A stretch of DNA of 63,843 bases, the filler included, from Choristocarpus tenellus KU-1152 (taxonomy: Eukaryota; Protista; Phaeophyceae): assembly GCA_964200185.2 (NCBI GenBank). It is 14 parts of 14 records of this genome, joined end to end, with 100 filler letters (N's around TTAATTAATTAA, not from the genome) between each part and the next. Parts side by side here need not be neighbours in the genome. Positions count along the whole stretch, not along the records: positions 37,608 to 45,420 come from CAXNAD020005552.1; positions 45,521 to 48,144 come from CAXNAD020026180.1; positions 48,245 to 52,909 come from CAXNAD020013560.1; 11 more parts are not named here. One strand, written 5' to 3'. Shown here one piece after another: positions 39,100 to 52,221 of the stretch (within the stretch, counting starts at the first letter, position 1; each line of letters begins with the position of its first letter). Under the pieces are notes generated by a model. That model was not told where the DNA came from and did not search any database. It saw only the letters and a program-made list of their open reading frames with translations. The position numbers and the translations under genes were made by a program.

Positions 39100-42000
39100 C
39101 TGAGATCATTGCGCACTTTATCATGAGTTGCCTGTATTTCATTTAAGATAATGGGTTTATCATGTTTTGATAAATCCACATATTTATCAAGAGTTATTTG
39201 AACTTTCCATCTTTCGACATTTGCAATCATCCTATGTAAGAAATTAAAAATTCGAAAGCCTTACTTCTACCAAGCACTGAAGCCAGTTTTTTCTTCAAGT
39301 TCCATTCACGTCAAGAATACAACTAGCGTATATTTTGGTGGCAAGCATCGCCACATCTCTTGATTTTATCCTCCACCCTATCAAAACAGTGTCCATCAAA
39401 TGCTTCAAAATAGAGTATGAAGTACCTGGCTGAAACAACAGAAATTGGTTGTTTTGCGATTTTTGAAATGCGATTTGAATCTACTGCTGAAACAGATAGC
39501 TCGGTGGGAGGGTCTTGTAAACATGCAAATACTAGAGCTGAAGCTTACCCTATCAATAGTTGTTCCGGATATATCATAGTATATTTGGGGTCTCATAAGA
39601 CTTTGATAGTGACCTGCTGCTTCACAGATATCTAATGGAAATGAAGAGAATTTAGGTGCGTGTAATATATATTGGCTGCAGGTTGAACTCATACGTTTTG
39701 CTCAAGAGACACATGTACAGACTGTTCAAGTGATGAAAACGTTCCACTCTTACCGTTCCACTCTTACCGTGCCAAAATACAGGTACAAAAACCCAAAAGC
39801 ACAGTCGCTGGTGCCTGAACAAGCGCACCAACCTTTGCTGTCTATGTTGTTCTTGAGACTCTAGTACGGCAGTCCTTCTTCTTATCATTTTCTGGATTTG
39901 TATTGCAGCTCTCCGACTATCACGTATCTCATCAAACCTCTTTTTTGATACAATTCTCCTCCCCAGGCATTGGACCTCAATTTGAGCATTGCGCAGTTGG
40001 CGAAGTATTCCAACCTCCTTGTATGCAATGTGTGTCCGGACGAGGCACTGAAGCTTCATTGCTGCATCTCTTCATACAGTTGAAATTGGGAGAATATATT
40101 TTTTTGGAAAATTAAATGTGATCAGGCATGTGTTTGTGTGGATGTGATAGTTGAAACCATTTCTTGACAGGGGAAAAGCAATCCTTGATGTAGTCAAAGC
40201 TTAATGGTGCATGTATCTCATCATTTCTAGGCACTCCAAAATTAAATGGATCGCGCAAGAGGAGGTGGGAACATTCCCTCTTTTGGGATCAATCCTAAGA
40301 GATTGGTTGATTTTCAATGTCCTCTATGAGGTCTTGGTACGGACGCTGAGGGAAACACCTGCTGCATATCATCCCTGCTGGGTGACCCAAAACATATACG
40401 GTTGTTGGTTGTTGGTTGTTGGTTGTTGGTTGTTGGTTGTTGGACACGAAACTAATTATCAACTCGTCATTCACTGCTTAGATCTTTGCACATTGGTGGG
40501 AATACCACATGCAAACCCAACTGAACACTCGCAAAGGTCATGGAGATGAAGCACTCACCTCATTTTCTTTTTTAGTAGCATTTTTTTTGTTGCTATCCTT
40601 CTCCTTACTACTTGCTGGATCTTGATCGTCTTTTGATCCTGCTTGTTCCTGATCATAATCTGCTGTCGTGACAAGTATCCTCGGAAAATCTGCATGAATG
40701 GGGGTGGAAGGTACAGGGAACAGCGTAATGGGATCAAATTGCAACAAGCTTCAATGGAAGATAATGAAAAAATAATTAAGAAGAAGCGTTTATGGAAGAA
40801 TATGTCTTGACCAAAATATATTTTATTGTTTATGGGAGGTAATGATAGCTTTCTCCCTCCATGGAGTAGAAAAGCTAGCCCTATCTTGCAATGCAGTTTA
40901 ACTGATCTTTATTATTGCAATTTGAAATATATATAAGTGCTAGAGGTTGCAGTGCCATGTACTTAACGAAGGTCATACTCACCGCTCTTGCTAAGCCAAA
41001 ACAAATAGCCACGAAATGATGCAATTAGGTTCTATCAATCAAATCCCTTACGTATCCATCTTATGAGTAGGATGCACCCCACTGCCATCATACTTCAACC
41101 ACTGTATCTAATGGGGGGGGTAGAGGAGAGGAATTGAAATCAAGCAAGATGCTAATTAATGAAGGGTTACAAGAATGTCAATGTTCACATCTTGTCCAAC
41201 CCTAGAGATGTTCACAGGCACACAATCCGTTGATGCTAGTCAATGAGAGGTTAGAAGAATCTCCTTGATCTCATGTTTTCTAACCCTAGAGATGATATTC
41301 ACAGGCACACAGTCTGTACAGGTACAGACAACAAGGTTGTAATAACAAATCTTACCCTTCAATATTTCATTTCCCCCTGAACTATGCCAGGCTCGTCACC
41401 AAATGATTACTTTGCTATGGTGCTTATGGACATGTTGACAGTTATTTTCCCCACCTTCGTAATTGAGGTTGACGCGGTGTCAGCTAGAATGAAGACCTCC
41501 AGTCACAAGAAGGGATTGAGGCACATGTTTGAGGTGAGACAGGTGATGGGAAAAATGGGCAGAGCACAGAGACATAGTGAACATTCAAATGCAGTTGTGA
41601 ACAACATGGACCAGCGAGTTGCTGATTAAAATGTGGGTGTGATAATATCACAGCCCAAACTTACAGATCCACGGGTACAACTTCGTTAGAGGAGAAATGA
41701 GTATTAACGTTAGTCGCTTGCTCCCTTACACCCTCCTGCATTGAAGGGAGTGAACCCAAGAGTGAGGACGTAGGGGATGATGCCACAGGACAGTGTCACC
41801 CTACTGTTTAGCACAAAGTAGAGGCGAGCCCATTGGTACAGATTTTTTCACATGCTTGACCGAGTACCTCCTCCCCTGTCTTCACACATATGAATATGAT
41901 TAGCAGAACATTTCCCTCGTCAGACACATGCAAGCGAATTATTCTCAATTATCAAGGGTTGTTGCCAGAAGGTAGCAGATGTAAATACCGACCCGTGGAC

Positions 42001-45000
42001 TAACAACAAGAATGCATGCTTGTCTCTATGTTGATATTGAACTTGGATAGCGCTGTATCTGAGGAATTTTCCTCCCATCACAAACAACAGGCCAACAATC
42101 TCAGACTGTTCACGATATTTCTAGTCTATCTTAGGGTACATGGGATGTAAATAATATTTATGTGAGTTGATTTCTGTAGCAAGGTAATTTTCAGTTGTTT
42201 AAATCATGTTCCGTGAAACACATGAAACAATTGCCCTGGATTACACACGTATTGGAATTTGGAGAAGAGAGAGAGAGAGAGTAGAGGTTTTTTCTTGCAC
42301 TTTGATATGACAAAAAATTGGCAGCTATGTGAAGCTGATACATCGCTTAATCTGTCCTATTTCAACCAGGGTGAGCTTGGCTCTGATATCCTCTTCAGGC
42401 CTGGAAAGGTTTGCACTGAACTGGACTTCAGAGACAGCAATAGAATGGCAAGAACCATTGAATAAAAGAGTGGAACGAAAGATACGTTGTGATATTAACT
42501 GTCTCCTCCTATAGTAGTTCACATGTGCACTTGTTCCTGCCTATGGGGAGTGACTAGGCTAGCATTGGTTGACTTCCCATAATAAAATAACACTTGTCCA
42601 CTCTATGTGAGAGGCTTCCTTCTAAGTGTCTTCACACCAAAGTGCTGCCATTGCATAGTCCCTGGTACACCATCTTTTAATACATATTTCAAAGCTTGTT
42701 TGAAGAAGAAAAGCAGCAAAAATGAACCCAAAGAACATGCTGAGAGGAGTTATAGGAAAGGATGCAAGGCGGGGCAGAAAAATGACACCCTGGTCTACAC
42801 ATAACTTCTTCACCATCTCAACAAACTGCGCAGTAAGGTCCTCAAAAAAGTAACCACATTTGCACCCCACCTGGCGACGAATCGTCTCGTGGCGAAAGGA
42901 TCTCAGGCCATCAAAGCTTGCAGAGAAGCTCCTGCCATTGTTCCTCTTTCTACCATTCCCCACATCTTTCCCTTTCCTGTGCTTATTCCCCTCCCAGGCC
43001 TGCGTAACAAAGACTGCCTTACTGATCTCCCTGTCCCAGGCCGACTTGCAAGGAGGTGCTTTGACTTCTTGCACTGAGGAGGTCTGCATGAGCTCCTCCG
43101 GTCTCAAGGTTGTGGCTGAGGGCGCAGAGACTGGCCTGTCACTGGTTTTGTGAGGAGAAAATTTCACTCTTTCAACACAGGACAGAGTCTGTGTAATGTT
43201 GAGCTGGAAGGGGATCCGGGTCGACAATAGGGGTGATCAGTGAAGCTGCTCCTGTGTGAGTGTCTGGTGATTGCTGACCTTGTTGTACATTGAAGAAATC
43301 TATATAATCTGATCTAATACCTGTTGAACATACGCACTTCACAAAGATACACATCAGATACAGTCCGAGACTGTACACTTCACAAAATTCATTGTCCTAG
43401 TCATCAGCTAAATGGTTTTGTCGAGGCCTTCTCAGTGTAAGAAGAGTAATTTGATCTAATGAATAAGGCCATCTTCAATGAAGCAAGCGGAGATAAAAAA
43501 TTAAATTTAGGGTTGTAGATCCAAAGGATTTGCGAACATGAACTAGAAAAGCTTGAAAAATCTCCTAGTGCTCGTGAGAATCAAAGAGTGTGATCAGAGC
43601 ACATGTTGAGGAAGCACTGAGAGCTGCAAGATGCTACCCCCAGCAAACCATTTCTTGGGTGAGCACTGGTCATACTCACCAGAAAAGGATGGACTTGATT
43701 GAACTGTTTCAATTGCAATATATTCCTCTTTGAGTAAAAGTATGTTAGGGTTAGGGTACGAGTTTTGCCCTCTCTGTCCGTTTGGGGCTTGGCTTCCCAT
43801 GTTTTGTTTATGACATTTTCCTACTCCAAAATATTTCGGAGTAGGTGAAATATGTATGTTATGAAAATGTGTGTCCAGAACAAGGATATGGACACTTCCT
43901 AACAACATGATAGCCAAAATTACATCAAAATCACAACATTGGATTCTGGCCTCCAAATGGACGCGGCTCTACCCTCTAAGATACTTGACTCTTTGACTTA
44001 ATACATTGTAGTGATTGAATTGCCTCAATTCACAACCCTCTCACTTCATCTTCCTGCCCACAAAATCTTCTTATCCGAAAAATACATTCTTAGCCTACCT
44101 TCTTGCTAAGATCTCCCCCTGATGTGCATTTCCACCGCCGAAGCACATCATTCGCACTTACAACGCTTGCAAATCCTTGCGGACTATTTCCAAGGGCGTG
44201 CTCTCCCAGTCCCTCACCCCATCGAGTAGTAGCTCGGATTAGCACCCTGTACTGGGTACTCTGACAACCACAGTATTGTCCCTCACGATGAATTGGAAGG
44301 GAGACCCCTGAAAGGGCCAACCTGTCCTCCTGGTGAGGATCAACCATAACTCCATCCCCATATAAAAATACAAACCCTCCAGCTAGAAGAGATCCCTGCC
44401 TTGAGGCTGAGGCATGCCTCAGGATGGATCGACGAAAGGAGAGTAGACTGTCTCGCAGAGATCCAAACAATAATGCCACCTTTCAATAGATATGAGCAGA
44501 GACCAGGATCATGAATGAATTGAAGGTGGGAAGCGCAAAAGAATGTACCGGAAATTGTGATCGGAAAGCAAGGTGAAACCCTTCTGAAACGGTGATAAGT
44601 GAGAAAATATGGTCATAACCGCCATATCAGGACGTGCAGTTTCAACCCTTGGAGAGTACGCCAACAAGTGTGACAGGACATAATCTCTCAAGTGAGATTA
44701 TAAACATTTTCTCAGATACTCCAGAGTTCTAATCTAGTGAAACATTTTATGAAGATTGCTCACCTTTTTTCCCAGCCCCCCATTTACCCTGATAAGCTGG
44801 GCCAAAAAGACTTGTTGCTCAAAGTTCCTAGTCTCCTTGAACTCTCCTCTTGAGCAGGAGGTCACAGTGTTGCTGCCTGGAAGCTGTAGAGTTTCTTTAT
44901 CATTAATATGGCTCCATACTGAGTCACGCATTGGATCTGTTGCTTCCTTCACACCTCCTCTGTTCCGTGAGGGACCGTAATCTCTGTCTCCAACTTCCAT
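39100..45000 (-). CDS. Multi-IQ-motif protein, internal exons (best supported 40559-40689, 39833-40069, 39231 downwards; probable upstream exons ~42871-43250 and 44200-45000)
   Basis: Repeated IQ motifs: IFRGYLSR, IKIQQVVRRRIA, MKLQCLVRTHIA, IQIQKMIRRRTA. The phase-2 joins are consistent. Linkage of the upstream exons is uncertain. Confidence 0.7.
43732..43991 (+). mobile_element. MITE family A, TSD TTT, left TIR altered to TTAGGGTTAGGG
   Basis: Family A interior with TTT/TTT flanks. Confidence 0.93.
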
Positions 45001-45351
45001 AAAGACATGCCTCCCGCAAATAGGTGAGGCAAGGGCTTGAGCTTGTTGCTCAGGCTGATAAGCTAAGGTTGTTGGATAGATGTGTTATGCACAGGAAAGG
45101 TCAGCTGAGAGAATACTGGAGACTCAGGGTACACTATGGCAATTTCCTTCGATTACCAGAATCTCACAAAAACACTGTCCCATCCACCATTACTATTGTG
45201 CCAATGTTCCATCTCACCTAATCGTTTTCCAGATTGGAATAATTTCAAAGGAAGTGCAAGAAACATGCACATCAAGTTGCATGGAAACGATTTACGGAAT
45301 CCTGTACATTGGAGCTCAGATTGACTAAGGGTATGGTGCGGATTTTCTCCA

Positions 45352-45420
45352 GGGTCAAAGTATCTGGGAGGGGGTGGCGGCTGTCCATTTGGGGTCAATT
45401 TTTTCATGTCTCGATTTTTG
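45352..45420 (-). mobile_element. MITE family B end at contig break
   Basis: Reads GGGTCAAAGTATCTGGGAGGGGGTGGCGGCTGTCCATTTGGGGTCAATTTTTTCATGTC. Confidence 0.88.
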
Positions 45421-45520
45421 NNNNNNNNNNNNNNNNNNNNNNNNNNNNNNNNNNNNNNNNNNNNTTAATTAATTAANNNNNNNNNNNNNNNNNNNNNNNN
45501 NNNNNNNNNNNNNNNNNNNN

Positions 45521-45590
45521 CATCAAAATCACAACATTGCATTTTGACCCCCAAATGGACGCGGCTCTACCCTCTAAGATACTTTGGCTC
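45521..45590 (+). mobile_element. MITE family A right end at contig start
   Basis: Reads CCAAATGGACGCGGCTCTACCCTCTAAGATACTTTGGCTC. Confidence 0.9.
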
Positions 45591-45894
45591 GGTTTGTCCT
45601 CCCCCAACAACACAACAAGAGAACCAACCACTGCTTTGCAAGTATTCTTTAAACACGAAGAATGCAGGGACGAAGTGCAAGCAAAACTTTGTAATCGACT
45701 ACTGTGCCTTTTGACCTTTGCCCCAACTGCTAGAGGTTACTGGGTGCAAAATTCACAGACTCCCCCGTCTGTCAAGTGCATTGCACCAACCGCTGCATTC
45801 TTCAAGTGATTAGCCAACTGGCGGCTAACCCCCTTAGTAGTGAATCAAACTAAATGAGAGAGGTACACAGAGTTGCATTTTAAGGAATTTAATA

Positions 45895-46048
45895 AATATG
45901 TGCAAAATTCGGCTTGTTTTACGGAATTTTTATGAATTTGTCGGAAAAGTTTCAAACAATAGAGAAACAAAAGCTCTCAAGTCGAACTTAGAACTACTCC
46001 ATACGAATAGGGGTAAATCGCAAAAGATTGAAAAACAGATTTCAAATG
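45895..46048 (+). repeat. AT-rich dispersed repeat, copy 2
   Basis: Homologous to the reverse complement of 760-910. Confidence 0.7.
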
Positions 46049-46254
46049 GAAATTGGTCAAACCGAATGCCTCTAGTTTACTTTGGCTCAGTAGGACTTTT
46101 CAGAGGATGTGCTACAGGTGTAGCTTTTGGGGTGTGGTTGGATCGCACAATGGGTCTTGCCTCCTCCAATATCACCTAAAAACTGGACCTGATAGGCCCA
46201 GGCCCACTATGATAATTCATGCTGATCAAATCTGCTCTGGAGACACTCTATTCT

Positions 46255-46487
46255 GAGTGAAAGTATCTTAGAGGGTACAAGTTTTGCCCTGTTTGTCCAT
46301 TTGGGGCTTGGCTTCCCATGTTTTTTNNNNNNNNNNAGGCAAAAAGTATACATTATGAAAAGGTGTGTCCGGAACATGGATATTGACACTTCCTAACAAA
46401 AACGATAGCCAAAATTACATCAAAATCGCAAGATTGGATTTTGACCCCCAAATGGACGCAGCTCTACCCTCCAAGATAATTTGACTC
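46255..46487 (+). mobile_element. MITE family A (internal gap), TSD TCT
   Basis: Both TIRs are present with TCT/TCT flanks. Confidence 0.93.
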
Positions 46488-48088
46488 TCTCTCGTCTTTT
46501 ACTTTGTAGTCCTCGTCACTGCTCACATAGGGTGGAGTACCTAAAGACTCGCCGCATTTTTTTGTTTTCTGGCGAGATCCACCAACCTCTATCCTCCTAG
46601 TGATGATGTCTGGACCTGAATCCGTCACTGGTCTCTCTACTGTTTGTGGTATAGGGTATGTAGTATCTAGGGCAATGGTTGAAATGTGTCTTGTAGATTT
46701 AGGTGGGTGTGGTTTGGATTGATGGCTTGGTGACTTTTGTGATGTTGTGATGGGTTGTGTGTTACGGATGTTCTGATCTTGTTCTGATTGTTGAGGTCGA
46801 ATACAGGTGAGGTGCTAGTATCACCTTTTGGTCTTCACTTTTGTATTGGGAACATATCATACCACAATTTTTGATCATGTTTGTATCTCAATCTGTGGTG
46901 AGAGAACCTACATCCTATTTTGTACTAGATATGGCGTAATAGTAAACACTTGAACATATAACTACAAGACAATTTCACAACAATCAACTACAATAACAGT
47001 AGTAGTAATAGTACAAGAGTTGGTATAAATTCACTTGGCGACCCTTTCAAAGGCGAATCTATATAAGGTCACTGTGAAACAGATGGAAACAGGCCCACAG
47101 GTTCTTCACACTAAAGGGGAGCGGGAAAATCCACAGGAGGAAGGAAATGGAGAGAGGCAAAGCGGGAGGGAGAGCCATCCCTCAGAAGATCGCTCAGGAA
47201 AGAGTGAACAAACAAAAAGTGAATGAGGGGGGTTTGCAAGGTACCCTCAAACCACTTGCTATTTACTTTAAGCATATGTTAACTTCAACGTGCAAAAGCA
47301 GATGTCATATGAGCAACAGACCTTGAAGGTTGGTCACCTTAATAATGGTATACCTTAGTTGGAAGATGGCTCTCACTCACCCATTTTGCCTAACCATAAT
47401 GTTATTTTGAATTTCATGCCGTAAAGGCGTGTTTTGGGTCATATTGGACAGATACGCCTTGAAATGGATAGGCATACCTATCAAGGGCAGCTAGAACCCC
47501 GTTTGTGGGCCCATACTTTGACAATATTGTGTGCGGCAAAACGTTATTATCTCATTCCTACCATCACGCCTGGACCACAAAACTTCACTGGGCATAAAAT
47601 GTCGGTGTGGATACTGCAGCTTTATGGAATTTGTGACACTTTGGATCTGGATGGGTACAATGAGATGAGGCGGCTGTGCTTCAATTGTCACACTCTCAAT
47701 GAGTGTCTTTCGGATCAGGAGAGGAGTGACGAGGGCAATAGTGACGATGATCTGACTGCAACAGAGGGTCATGATGCTCATCATCATGGTGCGCATGACC
47801 AAAATGTCCATGACCTCACAAGCTCCTGGAGAAATTGATTGTGGATGTCTGACAAGTAGAGGAGGGAAAGAGAGACTGTGAACTTAACTTGGGGAAGGCA
47901 CTGGAAGACCTACCTACCTTGACAAGGCTGGCAAGCTCCCAACCAGCAACAGCACCACTAGGACTTGGAGTGGCTGCCACTAGAAGAGTGGGAGGATATA
48001 GATGAGGCACAGGACCTCAAGGATGAGATAGTGGTGGTTCTTTTTGTTGCAAGGACAGCGGGTGAGGCTGGAGAGCAAAGGGGTGGAT

Positions 48089-48144
48089 GAGTGAAAGTAT
48101 CTTAGAGGGTACAAGTTTTTCCCTGTTTGTCCATTTGGGGCTTG
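48089..48144 (+). mobile_element. MITE family A left end at contig break
   Basis: Reads GAGTGAAAGTATCTTAGAGGGTACAAGTTTTCCCTGTTTGTCCATTTGGGG. Confidence 0.9.
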
Positions 48145-48460
48145 NNNNNNNNNNNNNNNNNNNNNNNNNNNNNNNNNNNNNNNNNNNNTTAATTAATTAA
48201 NNNNNNNNNNNNNNNNNNNNNNNNNNNNNNNNNNNNNNNNNNNNCCACCCCCCCCCCCCAAGATACTTTGACCCTTTAGTTTCGCTGGTAGAGTCTACAC
48301 ATCTGTTTCTCTCAAAGTATGAAGAAGAGAGACTGAGACAGTATTTATGAAAGAACTGTGAGCATCTTATGTAGTATAAACTGTAACATTATGATCCTCA
48401 CTTGTTCTTCAACATGTTGTATCGACTCACCCTCCCCCATGGTATGCCATGGGACAACAG

Positions 48461-51400
48461 TCAGTGGTCAAGCATCTCCTCGCCATTGGAGCCTCTCCTC
48501 ACGCCTCTGATGATCTGGGGTGGAAACCACTCCACTGGGCCTGCGATGTTGGTGGGAATAAAGGCGATGGGTCAAAGGGGGAAAATACAGGTTTATCCAT
48601 AGTTCGCCTTCTTGTCAACTCTGGGTCTGATCCTTGCATCCCTACAGACGGCCTCCCTTCTCAGACCCCTCTGCACCTGGGGTGTAGGCGAGGTCATGCG
48701 GATATTGCAGCATTCCTCATTCGCGTAGGCGCCCATGTGAGCTAATATTGTTATCCTAGATTTGGGAACGGAGACGAGGAGAGTGGGGAAGGGGCTGTAA
48801 CCCCCTCTGCACTGAATATGCTAGTGCCACCTTGTTTTCTATTCTTAATCCCCAACACTAATTCAACTCAAGGGCTTAAGGAAGGGACCACTTTGTGAGT
48901 AGCGGGGGCAACAGGGGATGGAACACTGGGGCAGAGCGGGGTGGTAATTTGAGGTAGAACGCTGGTATTGGAGAACACCTCAATTTCCTAGTCTACATTA
49001 TTTTCTTATTTTCCCCTTTCACAGTCAGTACAGACGCCAGTTGAGACTCTGACGACCCCTTCAGATGTGCTCTCTGAGCGCCCAGACCTCAATCACAACT
49101 TGATCCCTTATCAGTGGAAGGAAATACGACAGTTTACTCCAGGACCTTTGGTTGCTCAGAGGAATAGCAAGACTGCTGCAAATCGTTGTTGTGATTTGCT
49201 CAGGTAGTGCTCTGAAGTATGTCTATGCTCATGATCCACACTCTGGTTCCTTATTTCTTAGATGAACCTACAGAACCTCGGAAAATATGACTGTGGTGCA
49301 GCCAGTGGTATGATGCGACTATGCAAGTAACTCATGATAGTATTTAGGTGTACCTTTTGCCATCAGTGCTAAATGCCATACTGTCATACAGTTGCACCAT
49401 CCTGTAGATCCTTTTTTAGTTTATGGAAAATAGGCCCTGGGTTTCGAGATGTTTTTGGAGAGCTGCTGAAAAGGGCTCTTGTTTTCACTGCATCACCTTC
49501 ACAGAAGTGTGATCCTCTGCCCACAGCACAAGGGATGGTGGGATCTCAGGGCTATATATTTGGCTGGATGAGTATGAGCGATCCGGCCCACAGGCTTTCT
49601 ATGTTCACATATTTTCTGACTTGTTGATGGATGGGCATCACTCAGTTTTACACACTACGTATGTGAGGGGTACCTCTATGGTAAGGCTCTTCACCAGTTT
49701 GAGTAGTTATCATCACTAGGGTTTGAGTGACGACCATAGTTTGTTCGAGCATGTTAGCACTGGCTGACCCATGGCCTAGGTTGAAGCAGTTGGTGGCCAT
49801 GGACTGGCCCTGTTAGAACATGATGGCACTGGGCTGGCCTGTGGCCCAGCCATGCTAAGTAGTCCATGGCCTTGCATAGAAAAAAATCTTACCAGAACTG
49901 AACCGGTAGAGATGGGTTAGGCTAGCCTAGAAAAAAAAACTCCACTTTCCCTAGATACATGTGGGAATACGTATGTTCTATGTACAAGTTATTCTTCACT
50001 CAACTTCTTTGCCGCCCATAAAAATATAAACTTAGAGATCGGTAGGCCAAATAGAGGAGGGTTTCCACCTCCATGGGATCACAAGGCAAGAGACTGGTGC
50101 AATGCTCTTCTTCTTCCAGACTATTGCCTCAATCCTCACGTAGTATATCTAAATGAGACCAAACAAATGGGCGGATATAACCCCACCTTGCTATGGAAGC
50201 AATGGGCACGGAGTGAGAGGATAAGGTAGATTGAAATTGAAGGGTGGATATCGGGGTTTCAAAACAGAAAACAATGATGACTTCTACATTCACAAGCAAC
50301 ATACCTTTGTGTGGGAGCTGTAATTTGAAGCGACTGGATCGAGTCATTGGTTTATCGTGTCAAAGTTTGGTTTTGTGCTGACCGAAATCAAGGAGAAATA
50401 ATCTTGATTGGTTGAAAGCATCATGGCTTTGAATTGACCGGTATGGAGGCTATCCTTGTACTAGTTGTTGAGGCAGGGGTTGTTGATAAACTTGACAGTC
50501 TTGCACAGTTGCAATGTTAACAGAATGATTGCAACAAGTGAAAAATGACACCCTAGAGCTCTGAAACGAGATAAATAGCTCATTGGTTCACCTGTGTGTA
50601 AGCAGGGGAGACCTTTGGCCTTAAGTCAGTTTATACTAAGAAAAGAAGAGGATGCAAGTGTGATGTAATTGCACACTGATGCCCACCAAAATTGTTGTCA
50701 ACACGGAAAAACCATGACTTGGTCAGAGTCCAAAGAAACAAGGTTCCTAAAGGTCAGTACAAATGCGAATAAGCTCCACATACACCATAAGCCTCATCTC
50801 CTGGACTGTTGAAACTGTAGTATGTTATGCGCAAGGCTGTATTTGTAGCACCTGTCAAGAGTTGGACATATGTGGACATCCTGTTTTGTAATTGAACAAG
50901 GGCCCCAGCATTTCTTGAGCTCCCTTCATTGAATCAAGAGTTTCATAGCATGCGTAATCGTTGCCAAGATTGACCACAAAATGGATAGTGATATTTTGAT
51001 TTGAAGAAAACTCATGTACATAATGTGCTTAGATGACACCTTTCAATCAGAGCAATACTATACTCTATGTTTTCTGTTGCTGGGTATTTGAACAGTGGTT
51101 CATTATGTTCTGTGTTTGTACATTTTGAAAAATTCAAGCTTAGGCACGAGGCAGTGGCATTATATTGCTTCTTCTACATTTCAAAAAGTAGATGGTTTTA
51201 TTTTCATGTTCCAAAGGTTACTCAATTGCATCTTTGTCCAGACTGCCAGAAAATGGTCTTTTGGTATGCAAGTTACATGTACGTATGTACGTAGGTCTGC
51301 GCATGTGCCCATCTATGCTTGTGCCGGTGTGCGTGTATTTGTCTCCATAAATATTGTTTATTTCTTAGGTGAAGGTCAAGGACAGTGATGGGAAGTACCC

Positions 51401-52221
51401 GGGAGATTTCTTCAGTCCAGGTGTTTCGAGGGAGGACATGGAGGCAGTGCAAGCAGTACTGTCACCGCAAAAGGGCCTTGAGGAGACCCAGCAACTCCAT
51501 TCCATGCTAGACAAGTAAGAGAGACTTGAAGGTCAAGTACATGCCTAGCAAAGACAATCCTAGATCTGACATACTTCAGAGAAAGTAACCCAGAGAGCAA
51601 TATACTCCTACACGTGGCAAGGGATGTTGTAGAATGTGTTTTGTCATATGGAGATGTTCTAATCATATGCAAACGTTCTCTCGCTCTACCTTAACCATAC
51701 GCCACCTTCCTCCCATTCTGGTTATTGAAACAATCAACCCTAAGGCTATCTGAACGTGTTTCTGTGGTCGAAAGAGAAAGAGGAATCTTGTCAGAGGAGA
51801 ACCGATATATGAGGCAGAGGCTACAGATGGGGGAGGATGACTCGATGTCGCAGAAAAACCAGGTAGTGTTGGGGTCCCTGAATTGGGCCTGCCCGCCCAC
51901 CTTCTTACCTGTAAACTCAGACACTTGTAATAAAGAGTGGCAAGGCGTACTTCTCGACTTTACTGTCATCGTCCCTCTTCACAGGTCCCTGCTCCATTCC
52001 CTTCCCCTGCCCTAGTCATCTCCCTCGCACTATTTGTACCTTAATCTCTGCGTGTATCATCTATTGATATGATCGTGCTCATACCCTGTACTGCCATGGT
52101 CATGACTAGTAGCAATTCAGTATTCCTAATACGCAGTCATTTCCATGGAACAGATGGCGGGGTTGGAGAGGGCAATCAAGGACCAAAGCATTTCTCTTGA
52201 GGAGTTCAGCAATCGGGAAAA
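48461..52221 (+). CDS. Ankyrin-repeat plus coiled-coil protein, internal exons (48461-48736, 51369-51514, 51745-51862, 52154-52221)
   Basis: Ankyrin motifs GWKPLHWAC and QTPLHLGCRRGHADIAAFLIRVGAH|VKVKDSDGKYP are followed by coiled-coil exons. Phases are consistent. Confidence 0.85.

Noticed and set aside
47434-47838. 134-aa ORF with an acidic/His-rich tail
   Set aside because: It has no recognisable domain or splice support and may be a TE relic.
49024-49203. Possible additional exon of the ankyrin gene
   Set aside because: The ankyrin repeat continues naturally from 48736 to 51369, and this segment does not fit the phase-0 join.
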